Positions 13,235-23,602 of a stretch of DNA of 64,000 bases are shown one piece after another. Positions within the stretch are counted from its first letter, which is position 1. Every line of letters begins with the position of its first letter. Origin of the DNA: Fonticula alba ATCC 38817 (lineage: Eukaryota > Protista > Nucleariida); the NCBI GenBank assembly GCA_000388065.2, contig KB932201.1; one strand, 5' to 3'. Position numbers and translations under genes: made by a program. The notes beneath the pieces were generated by a model, which saw nothing but the letters and a program-made list of their open reading frames with translations, was not told the DNA's origin and searched no databases.

Positions 13235-13945
13235 CGTGACCCATCAGGAGGGGGATGTTCTTGTTGGCGGGGGGGCCGTTGACCCCGGGGCCAAGATCCC
13301 TGCCCCTTTCGGGGGGCGCCTTGCCGGGGAAACTAGCGCCCGCCCCGACCGCTCACGGGCCTCCTCCTGTGGGGAGGGGGTCCTTGAAAGGGACAAAGAG
13401 ACAGAGGGGAAAAGGCCTTCGCCAACGTCATCCGACCTATCTTTATCGGCTTGCTGACCCGTGGGAGAGATTGGGCGCCCTGCGCCGGCTGCCGGGGCGT
13501 CGTTACTTGAACCTGAGAAGCCATCGTGGCCGGGGGGGGGGGGGGGGGGTTGTCTCAGCCCACGGCGGTCAACGGGCAAATGGGTCTGCACTGTTGGAGC
13601 GTGCTCGCCTGGTATTCCGCCCTCCCCGCCCCCCCCCCATAAGTTGAGCAGGCTGTTCGCTCCCGCGACCTGCGGCCTCTGTCCGCCGCCGCTGCCCCCA
13701 GGGGGCCCCTTCTCGCTTCTTTAACCAACGTACGAGGCATTCCGCGCCAAGGGGCCGGAAGGAGGGCGGGTGTGTGTGTGGGGGGGGGGGGGGGGGAAAC
13801 GCCTTACCTCGAAGTTCTGAAGCCGCGGCTCATTCGGGGGCGGTGCAGGCCAATTTTGACTCCGTCGAGGGTCACAAGCTGCGATCTCCGAGCGCTCTAA
13901 ACTTGAGGGTATTTTTGTCCAACCATCCCCCTCCAAGATAAGGAA

Positions 13946-14019
13946 GGCCCCATAGCTCAGTTGGTTAGAGCGTCGTGCTAATAACGCGAAGGTCGTCAGT
14001 TCGATCCTGGCTGGGGCCA
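13946..14019 (+). tRNA. tRNA-Ile(AAT), intronless
   Basis: Full cloverleaf: acceptor GGCCCCA/TGGGGCC+A, D arm GCTC/GAGC, anticodon stem TCGTG/CGCGA with AAT at 13980-13982, variable loop AGGTC, T-loop TTCGATC. Confidence 0.97.
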
Positions 14020-14023
14020 TTGC

Positions 14024-14028
14024 TTTTT
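14024..14028 (+). terminator. RNA polymerase III terminator (T5) of the tRNA
   Basis: TTTTT begins 5 nt after the tRNA 3' end. Confidence 0.8.
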
Positions 14029-14380
14029 GGACCCTCCTCTTCCTCGTGGTACCCTTCCTCCACACATGCATGTCTTTATATCCAGGGCGGGGGGGGGGGG
14101 GGGCGGGGCAGACTGGCGATACGACAACCTGGGAGCGGTCAAACAGAAAAGCGCATGGGCACATGGACGCATGGGCGGGGGCCGGGAGGATGTCGGGGTT
14201 TACCGGATGGTCGTGTAGGTGTCCCCCTTCCGACTTGCCCCGCTGGCAAGGCAGGGCCTGCCCTTTTTTTCGGTGCCACCCGACCAGCTGGGCGTCGGCC
14301 TCTCGCAAAGCGCTCCCTCCCCCCCTCTTTCGCGCCCCCTCCCTTTGACCTCCTCCTCCTCCCCCCCCCATCTCGTGACG

Positions 14381-15780
14381 ATGTCCGCCTCTGAGGCGAT
14401 CGTCCCTGCTGGCGGCGCCGAGGCCACCGCCTCCGGCACCCTGGCTGCCCTCCCTCAGAAGAAGAACTTCCGCCAGCGCGCCCACAGCAACCCCTACGCC
14501 GACCACCTGCTCGAGTAGTGTGTCCCTTTTCCGCCTCGCCGCCCTCCCCCCCCCCCCCGACCCCCCCCACCCACAAAAAAATGCCCCCTGCTGCCCCTCC
14601 CATCTTTCCCCCCCCCCCCCCCCTCCGGTCTTTGTCCTTCCTCCTCTTCCGCCCCTCATGCTTCTGGTCCACCCCTCTCACACCATTTGCCTTTCCCTCC
14701 CCCCTCCCCAGTCCCACTTCGCATACCGAGATGAACTGGAATGAATTCTTCCCCGCCTACTTCAAGGAGGACGGTACCCCGGTCTACCCGGACTCGGACG
14801 TCAGCTCTGTCCGCTTCCTGGACGTTGGTTGCGGCTATGGTGGCCTTACAGTGTCCATGTCCAAGCTCTATCCCGATCGCCTGACTCTGGGCATGGAGAT
14901 CCGTGTCAAGGTGAGCAGCTACGTGCATGAGAAGATCCAGGCCCTTCGTCAGCATGGCGCCGCGGCCGCCACCCCGGAGCAGCTCGCTGCCGGCAAGCCG
15001 ACCCTCTATCAGAATGCCTCCGTCATGCGGGCCAACACCATGAAGCACCTCACCCGCTTCTTCGGCCGTGGCCAGCTTGAGAAGATCTTCTTCCTCTTCC
15101 CGGACCCGCACTTCAAGCGCGCCAAGCACAAGTGGCGTATTATCAGGTTCGCACTGGCCATGGCGCCCTTCTCTCCTCTCACTCGCCCTGCCCCTCTCCC
15201 TCATGCTAACTACCCTCCTTTGGCCGCGTTCTTGGCGCTTCTCCTGCGTAGCCCTGCTCTGCTTGACGAGTATGCCTATGTTCTTCGGCCAGGCGGTATT
15301 GTGTACACCATCTCCGATGTGCTTGTCCTCCACCGCTGGATGGACAGCCACCTGGAGGCGCACCCCATGTTCGAGCGTGTGTCCGAGGAGGAAATCGTGC
15401 GTCATGCCATAGTTTCGTCCCTGCTGCTCCTCCCATCTTTCTCTCCTCCCCCCCCCCTCCTTCTATCCCTTGATCGAGTTGGAACTTACCCTCTCGCAAT
15501 ATCCCCCCCTCCCCTCCCCTCGTCCATGGACCTGTAGGAAAACGACCCTGCCATCTACCTGGTGAAGAACAGCTCGGAGGAGGCGCAGCGTGTCGACCGC
15601 AATGGCGGCCGCAAGTTCCTGGCCATCTTCCGCCGCATCGTCGATCCCGATGAGCGCAACCCCCTGCCGCCCTTCACCCCGGCTGTGGCTGCTTGCACTC
15701 CGGTTGAGGCCCTCCAGATTCCAGTCACCGCTGTCGAGGCCATCGAGGCCGACGACGAGCCGGAGCCGGAGCAGGAGTAA
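14381..15780 (+). CDS. TRM8: tRNA (guanine-N7)-methyltransferase Trm8/METTL1, 4 exons
   Basis: Exons 14381-14517, 14712-15146, 15252-15396, 15538-15780. FRQRAHSNP, LE(Y)P, SAM motif LDVGCGYGGL, GMEIR, FPDPHFK, EEAQRVDRNGGRKF. Confidence 0.96.
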
Positions 15781-16307
15781 CGCACAAGACGCTCCTCCCC
15801 TCTTCTTGGGGGTCTCTTCTCTTCCTCTGCCCAATGAAGAGCGAGTGTGGCATGCATGCACGCACGCACGCACGCACACACGCACGCACACACACACATA
15901 TACACACACACACACACAGACATATACACACATATATGTACTTAAGCACATGTATATGAGTCACATCATCCCCGACCAGTCAGCCTAATTGTTCACTTCC
16001 CCCTTGCCTCTCACATCCATAAATATACGCCCTATAGAGCCGCACACCCATGCGCGCCGTGCGGCACGCAACCTCAGCTCCAAGGAGTCCCTCCCTCCAA
16101 CAATGAGTTTGGTTTTGTGATGTGCATTGCGCTGCGGTCAAAAACCTCCCGCGCCCTCCACAAAGGGAAGAGGATGCCGATGTACCCCTGCATGGATGAT
16201 ATGTTCGAGAGAGGGAGAGAGGGGGGGGGGGGGACTAAAAGTACAGTGGGCGCGAAGTGGGAGGAGGCACATACAGGCGGACAAAAGGGCACCAGGGAGC
16301 CACGAGC

Positions 16308-17561
16308 CTACTTGGAGCGGATGTGCTCGAGGAGGAAGTCACGGACGTCCAGCATCTCGGTATTGCACATGCTGTGACCCATGCCGGGGTAGACCTTGAA
16401 CGTGGAGTTCTTCATGCCGATCTCCTGTGCACGGGAAAGCGAAATGGCAATCGGAGGGAGTCGGTCAGCCAGCGCATTAAATGTGGAGCGGACGGCCGGC
16501 GATCAAGGCGGTCATGCGTACCTGCAGGCGATCGAAGGACTGCTTGGCCCGAGAGAAGGGAATGACATTGTCGCTGGTGCCGTGACCCATCAGGAGGGGG
16601 ATGTTCTTGTTGGCGGGCGAGGGCTGCCAGGAGAGCAGGCGGGGGTGGTGTGTGCGCGTGGGGGCGCGTGCGTGCGCGTCAGTGGACAAGAGCAACACCG
16701 TCATTGCATAGCCGGAGGAGGGAGAGACGAACGGCGCACCTCAGTGATGCGGCTGGAAAGGGGCATGTACGCCGAGAGAACCACCAGGGCGCCATACTCG
16801 ATCTCGGAGGTGAGGGCGATGTACGTCGACAGGGCACCACCCTGGCTGAAGCCAGCCAGCACGGTGCGCTTGAGGTCGCCATTGGGAGCATGCGCACGGG
16901 CGAGCTGCTCGACTGCGGGAAATGCACGACAGTCAGCGATGCCATTGCGGGGGCAAATGCCGGCAACAGCAGGAGCAAGGCAGCGGAGCCAAGAAAGAAG
17001 CAAGGGAAGGGGAGCAAGTACGCACTATAGCGCTTAGACTCAATGTAGCCGGCCTCATCCTCGGGGCCAGGACCAAGCTGGGTGATATCATACCAGGCGG
17101 GCATGCTCATGCCGCCGTTGATGGACACCGGGCGGTCGGGGCTAATCGGCGACAGGACACATGGTTAATGGTGTGAAGGGGGCCCCTCCCCCGGGCCGGA
17201 CAGCAGGCAACAGCAGCACCAACGTACGCGTGGGGCAGAATCCACTTGGCTTCGGGGATCTCGTTGCTGATGATGCGAGCAAAGTCGATCCAGCCGTGGC
17301 CAGAGTCGCCAAGGCCTGGTGGGCAAGGGCGGGTCAGTGATCGAGCACAGGTGTGCACGGGGGGGGGGGGACAAAAATCAGCAAACATCCCAGCACGATG
17401 ACCAGATGCCATCAAGCGAGGGGGGGGGATGGAGATGGACAGAGGGAGAGAGAGAGAGAGAGGGAAGGTGGAATGCAGGCCGCATGCTTACCATGAGAAA
17501 GGATGATGGTTGCCTTGTGGTCGCCACGAGGCTCAATGACAAGGGGGGTGGAGTACTTCAT
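16308..17561 (-). CDS. LYPLA1: Acyl-protein thioesterase / lysophospholipase (APT1/LYPLA), 6 exons, ~221 aa from the Met at 17561; an upstream in-frame ATG lies at 17870
   Basis: Exons 17561-17492, 17315-17228, 17141-17026, 16912-16740, 16623-16522, 16424-16308. SHGLGDSG, NGGMSMPAWYDI, GFSQGG, HGTSD, YPGMGHS catalytic triad motifs. Confidence 0.95.
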
Positions 17562-19222
17562 GGCAGCGGCGGCGGCGCTGGCAGTTGGGGGGGCAGTGGA
17601 GGTTAGCGGGGCCGATGGCAGGACGGGGGAGCCGGACGACGGGCGGTGCGGGGTCGGCATTGACTGCGAGGGTGTGTGTGGCGGCGAGGGAGGCGGGGCC
17701 GGGGGGAGTGATGGTGCAGCGGTGAAGAGCTGCGAGGCGATCGCCAGGACGGCCACCGCGGCAGCGACGGCCAGTGGGAGAAGCCAGCTGCCGGGGAGGC
17801 TGGGACGCAGGGTGAGCCGGGAGGGCAGGGGGGGGGGGGGGGAGGAGATAGCACAATGATGGGGGCTCATGTGCGTGTGTAAACATGTTCGTGGCGGAGA
17901 TCGGACGGCGGTACATCCAAGCTCGTACAGGAGGGGGGAGGCTAGGGAGGAATGGGGGCTGGAGAAGGGCCGGGCGAACGCACTTGGAGAGAGAGGAGAA
18001 GGAGCGGCGAATTGCGGCAGCCATATGGGGGAGAAGGGAGAGAGAGTCTGGCACGAGGGAACGGCCGGAGGAGGAGGAGGGGTGCGGTACGATAGGAGGC
18101 CTGTGCTTGCCGGGGTGGATGTTAAATCCGTGTGGAGGTGAGAGGACGAAATCCTTACGTTTCTCTTGCGGGGTGGGGGGGGGGGGGGGGACCAGCGGTC
18201 CGGCAGGAGACAGGGGCAGGCCCTTTTTACGCCAGGGGAGATCGAGTTGCCACCTGACCCGCGGGCCTGCAATGTGGGCTTACCCCGGTGGCGCCTGGGA
18301 CGTGCGTGTGCATGTCCTCGACCCGGACCAGACTCCCCCCCTCACCACCACCCCTGGCGGCGGCCCCGCCGTGAGAGGGAGGGCCCGGTCGCGGATTAAT
18401 CTGGCCCCATGAGCAGCCCACGACCAACCGGACATAAACTGCCGCCGGGGCGCGAACCCCGGAAGAGGGTGCGAGATAAACACACCCACACACACCCACA
18501 CACACCCACACACATACCAACCGATGGCTCTGGCTGGGCCCTCGCCCCGCGATTGGCGCTGGCCATGGTCGCCCCCCGAGAACGTTCTCCTGGCGCGCGT
18601 CGTACGCACAATTTGAGACCAATCCGAAGAGTGCGATCTGGGTCGAGAGCCGGCAGCCGACATTGGTCATGCTCAAACACCAGCATACTGGAATGCATCC
18701 ATAGAATGCTGTTCCGGGAACGAGTCGCACCCATGATGATGGCATGTGATGACCATTCGGCGGGCTCCGGTTCAGGCACTCCAAATGTCGCTGTGTATTC
18801 CGAGCGCCGGGATCTAGTCACAGGGCTGATCGGCGGCAAGGGGGGCTGGCATGAGCGCCCCGCCGCGGAGAAGACATCCGAGCCGAGTGTCAACGCAACA
18901 GCAAGTATAGACGCCAGCCCAGACCCCTGCCCGGGGGTCCAAAGTTCCGGGCTCCATGCCTGGCTGCTGTCAAGGCGCGCGCGCGCGCGCACGCGCCGCG
19001 CCTCCCCCTCCCTCCATCGTCCCACCATTCGAAGGACCTTGCTTCCGTCCGGCAGGGCGGACGACCTTTTCACATTGCAGCCCGGAACCCATTCAGCAGA
19101 CCCACGCCAGTCTCTCCTCTTGGCAGCACTCCCGCGCCCCCCCCCCCCCCTCAATCGCTTTGCCACTTCCTCCTCCCCCATTGCCCGCCACGTGCCCCCC
19201 CCCCCCGGGGTCGGCCGCCTCA

Positions 19223-20471
19223 ATGGCCATCACCAACAGCACGCAGATTCGCCTGCCCACTCACATCAAGCCGGAGCACTATGGTGCGAAACTGCTCATA
19301 CATATATTTCCATAGCTCCCTCTTCTCCCAGCCCGCATATTGGCCTTGCTCACTCATCCTGCTCGTGCCGGGCTCCTCTTTCTGCCTCCAATGCCCTGCC
19401 CCCTCCGCCGGCCGGAACACAGATGTCTTCATCAAGCCCGATCTCAAGGACTTTGTCTTCTCCGGCACGGTGTCCATCCTGGTGGATGTGACCCAGACCT
19501 CCGAGGAGATCTGCCTGCACTCATTGGAGCTTGAGGTGACCGATGTCACCCTGGCCGCGGTGTCTGGCGAGGCCCTCCCCGCGCCGGCCAGCATGACCTC
19601 CAGCCCGGACTTCGACTTCCTGCACCTGCGCTGGGCCGCCCCCCTGCCGGCTGGCAAGTACCTGCTGGGCATGAAGTTTGCCGGCAAACTGACCGACCAG
19701 ATGGCCGGGCTCTATCGCAGCGAGTACAAGTCCGCCTCCGGCGAGAAGCGCTACCTGGCCGTGACGCAGTTCGAGGCCACCGACGCCCGGCGTGCCTTCC
19801 CCTGCTGGGATGAGCCCTCTTTCAAGGCGACCTTCTCGGTGACGGTCGACGTGCCGGCCGACCTGGTGGCTCTGTCCAACATGCCGGTCACCGGGGAGAA
19901 GCCCTCCTCGACGGATGGCCGCAAGGTGGTGGCCTTTGACCGGTCCCCCCGCATGTCTACCTACCTGCTGGCCCTCTTTGTCGGGGAGGCCGAGTACGTG
20001 GAGGATGTCACTCGGGCCGGGGTTCCGGTGCGGGTGTACACCCCGATCGGCCTCAAGGACCAGGGCCTGTTCGGCCTGCAGGTGGCTCGTGACGCGCTGG
20101 ACTTCTTTGCGGAGTTCTTCAGCACCCCCTATCCCCTGCCCAAGCTGGATTTGATCGCCGTGCCGGACTTCGCCGCCGGTGCCATGGAGAACTGGGGCCT
20201 GGTCACCTTCCGTGAAATTTATCTCCTGTGCCATGAGCAGCGGACCAGCGCTCGCGCGCGCCAGGAGCTGGCCTATGTGGTGTGCCATGAGCTTGCGCAC
20301 ATGTGGTTCGGCAACCTGGTCACCATGGACTGGTGGACGCACCTGTGGCTGAATGAGGGTGCGTCTTCATGCCTGCTCGGCTATCCGGGCGGCAATGTCC
20401 CTTTTTTTCTGTTTGCATTCGCGCTTCATCCCCGCTCTCGAGCCTTGCCGCCCTTCCCGGCTCCTCATCCT

Positions 20472-20503
<32 letters not shown>

Positions 20504-21936
20504 CCGGCCCTGCGCTGACTCCGCGAACACCCGCATCCCCTTTGTCTGTCATGGCGGTGGTCCATTCTCGCAACCTCGTGGGGGGAAAAAATGTCAAAAA
20601 AAACATCCAGGCTTCGCCACCTATGTCGGCTGGCTGGCTGTCGACAAGCTCTTCCCCGAGTGGGACATCTGGACGCAGTTCATGTTCACCGAGCAGGGCG
20701 AGGCCATGTCCATGGACGCCCTGCAGTCCTCCCACCCGGTGGAGGTCCCGGTCACCACCACGGCTCAGATCAACCAAATCTTCGACCCCATTTCCTACAG
20801 CAAGGGCGCCACTCTGATCCGCATGCTGGCCACGCACATGGGCCCGCAGGAGTTCCAGACCGGGCTGAGCCACTACATCAAGAAGGTACGCCGAGAGCCC
20901 GCGCTCCTTGCTGGGGTCTTCCCTCTGTCCCCCTTTCCGGCTCTCGGGCCAACATGCCTGGCGCTGCTGGCTACTTACTTCGCGGCCTCCCTCGACAATG
21001 TCTGCCTTGGCCCGCCGGCGGCCATTGCACTTGTCTTGCCTGCTGGCCGGCCCCCATGCAGTTCACCTATCAGAACACGGAGACCAACGACCTGTGGGAG
21101 GCCATGTCCACCGCGGTCAGCGGCCTGGATCTGACGTCCATGATGAACGATTGGATTCGCATCACCGGCTACCCGGTGGTGACGGTGACCCCGGGCGAGG
21201 CTGGTGCTCTCACGGTCCAGCAGGACCTGTATCTGGCCTCCGGTGCGGCGTCCGGCTGTGCCTCCCTCTGGACCATCCCGCTGCTGACGACGTCTCTTAA
21301 TGCTCCGGGGCCGCTGCAGCAGCCGCAGCTGTACGCCAAGGGTCCCGTGCTGGCCGAGAAGACCCAGCCCCTGACGGGCACCGCCGCGCCCCCGATGAAG
21401 GTGCGCAGCTTGCCATGTCCCTTGCCCCTTCCTCTTCGCCTTGGGCTCCTCTCGGTCCTCCTGCATGCTCTGCCCCCTTTTGCCATATGCTCATGCGGTG
21501 CCCCCTTCGCCTTGCCTGTGCGCTCCCTCCCCTCCGGGCATTGCCACGCATTCGTGCGCATTCTCGCGACCAGCTCAACCGTGATGGTATTGGCTTCTAC
21601 CGCGTCAACTATCACCCCACCCTGGTGGCCGGACTGATCAGTGCCATTGCTGAGAACCCCACCACCGCCTTCGCCCATGGTGACCTGGTCAACCTGGTGA
21701 AGGACTTCTTTGCCCTCGCTGCATCCGGGCACTCCTCCATCAAGCACTTCCTGGACCTGCTGCAGGCCCTCCGCGGCGCTTCGGTGGGCTTTGCTTGGGA
21801 GGCAATTGCTGCCACCCTGGGCGCTTTGCGGTACGTGAGAGTCCTATTTTCATTCCTTTTTCCCGTCCCCCCCGCTCAAGAGCCCACTCACTCTTCCTCG
21901 CTGTCTTTCCTCCCCCCCCCCCTCCCTTGGTGGACG

Positions 21937-21978
<42 letters not shown>

Positions 21979-22965
21979 TACACATACATGTGGACTCGCA
22001 CATGCACAGCTCCCTGTGGTTCGAGCAGTCGCCCGAGGTGGTCGGCCATCTGAACCGCTTCGCGGCCGGCCTCTTTGGTCCGCACTCCGAGGCGGCGATC
22101 TGGGACACCGGCGTGTCGACCGCCGCCAAGGACCATATTGCCAACTGCCTTCGGTCGACCTTTGTGGCCAACGCCTGCCGCGCTGGCCACGAGTGGACTG
22201 TGGCCGAGGCACAGCGGCGCTTCTCCAGCCTGGTGAATGCCACCCCCGAGGCCGCGGCCAACAGCAACCCCGAGGTTCAGGCTGCCATCCTGGAGACTGG
22301 TGTGCGCCTGGGCGGCCTCCCCGAGTGGGAACAGACGCTGGCGTTCTTCCAGCGCGAGCAGGTTCCCGACCTGAAGGTCCGGGCCCTTTTCGCCCTGGGC
22401 CAGTCGGTGGACCCGGTGGCCATGGACAAGAGTACGTGTAGACCCGCATGAGCCTGCTTCTTTTTTTTTTCTCTCTTTCCATCTGCCCCTCCTCCTGTTG
22501 CCCTTTGTCTTTGCATGCAGAAATACGCATGTACTCACATGGCGCCCTCCTCGGCTGTGCCCCGGCTCCTGCCCCCCCCGCCTCCCCCCTCCCCTGCCAG
22601 ACTTTGAGCTCATCTTCAGTGGGTCCGTCCGGCTGCAGGATGTCTTCCACCTGATGCGGTCGCTGTCCTACAACCCGGTCACCCGCCGCCGGACGTGGGA
22701 CTTCGTCCGCAACAACTGGGCCAAGTTCTATGAGATGTTCTCCCCGAGCGGCTTCCTCCTTGGGCGCATCGTCAGCAACAGCTGCGAGAGCCTCTCTACC
22801 CTGAAGGATGCCGAGGAGGTGAAGAGCTTCTTCGATGGCATCGACAAGAAGCAGTATGCCACCATCGATTCCAATGTCAAGCTGGCTGTTGAGGAGATCA
22901 CCAACAATGCCAAGTGCATCGAGCGCATTGCTGGCGACCTGAACGCCTGGCTGGCGGCCCAGTAA
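19223..22965 (+). CDS. NPEPPS: M1 family puromycin-sensitive-type aminopeptidase, 7 exons, ~884 aa
   Basis: Exons 19223-19283, 19423-20358, 20611-20885, 21062-21400, 21574-21830, 22010-22431, 22601-22965. QFEATDARRAFPCWDEP, GAMENWG, HELAHMWFG...WLNEG, YSKGA, ERAP1-like C-terminal domain. Confidence 0.95.
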
Positions 22966-23602
22966 GCCAATGGCTTCCTCTCGCCGCCCCTACTCCACTC
23001 CCATGAGCTTCTCTCTCCCTCTCTGTCCCTCTGTCTCTCCATGCGTCTCTCGGTCCCGCCCGTGGATTTCATCCACATCCTGTGGTGGCGCTTCGTCCGG
23101 GTGAACTTTCCTTCTGGTGTGATCCTTTGCTGCCCCTGCATAAGCACTTGCTCATGGCCAATGAACATCCCGCCTCCCTCGAACATTCCATTCTAAGCGA
23201 TTTCGCCTGTCGCCACCTGCCATTCTTTTGTCCCTCCCTGCACATAGCCAGCTTACATCCTTCAGGTTGGGGGTTTATTTTCCGGCACTGGTAGGTGGGG
23301 AGGCGGAGGGGGGGNNNNNNNNNNNNNNNNNNNNNNNNNNNNNNNNNNNNNNNNNNNNNNNNNNNNNNNNNNNNNNNNNNNNGTGGAAAAGGAAGAGGGG
23401 CAAAGCATGTGGCCAAGCATGCAAAGTGGGAAAGGGGGAGGAGGGCAGGGGGCTGTGACCCTCTCTCTCTCAGAGGGGGGCACACACACAAGGACAGAGG
23501 GCAGAAAAGGGGAACAGAAGAGGGGAGGGGAGGAAGGGATGTGGGGATGATGGCCATGATGCACGCTATCGGATGCAGCGCCTCTCTTATCCTCGGTCGC
23601 AC

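Noticed and set aside
13235-13271. 37-nt exact copy of thioesterase exon 5 sequence (16581-16617)
   Set aside because: It begins precisely at a gap edge about 3.3 kb from its source, the same artefact pattern as above.
18733-18829. C-box (ATGATGA/GTGATGA) and D-box (CTGA) about 84-97 nt apart, a possible C/D snoRNA
   Set aside because: There is no convincing terminal stem and I could not match a guide to rRNA. snoscan would be decisive.
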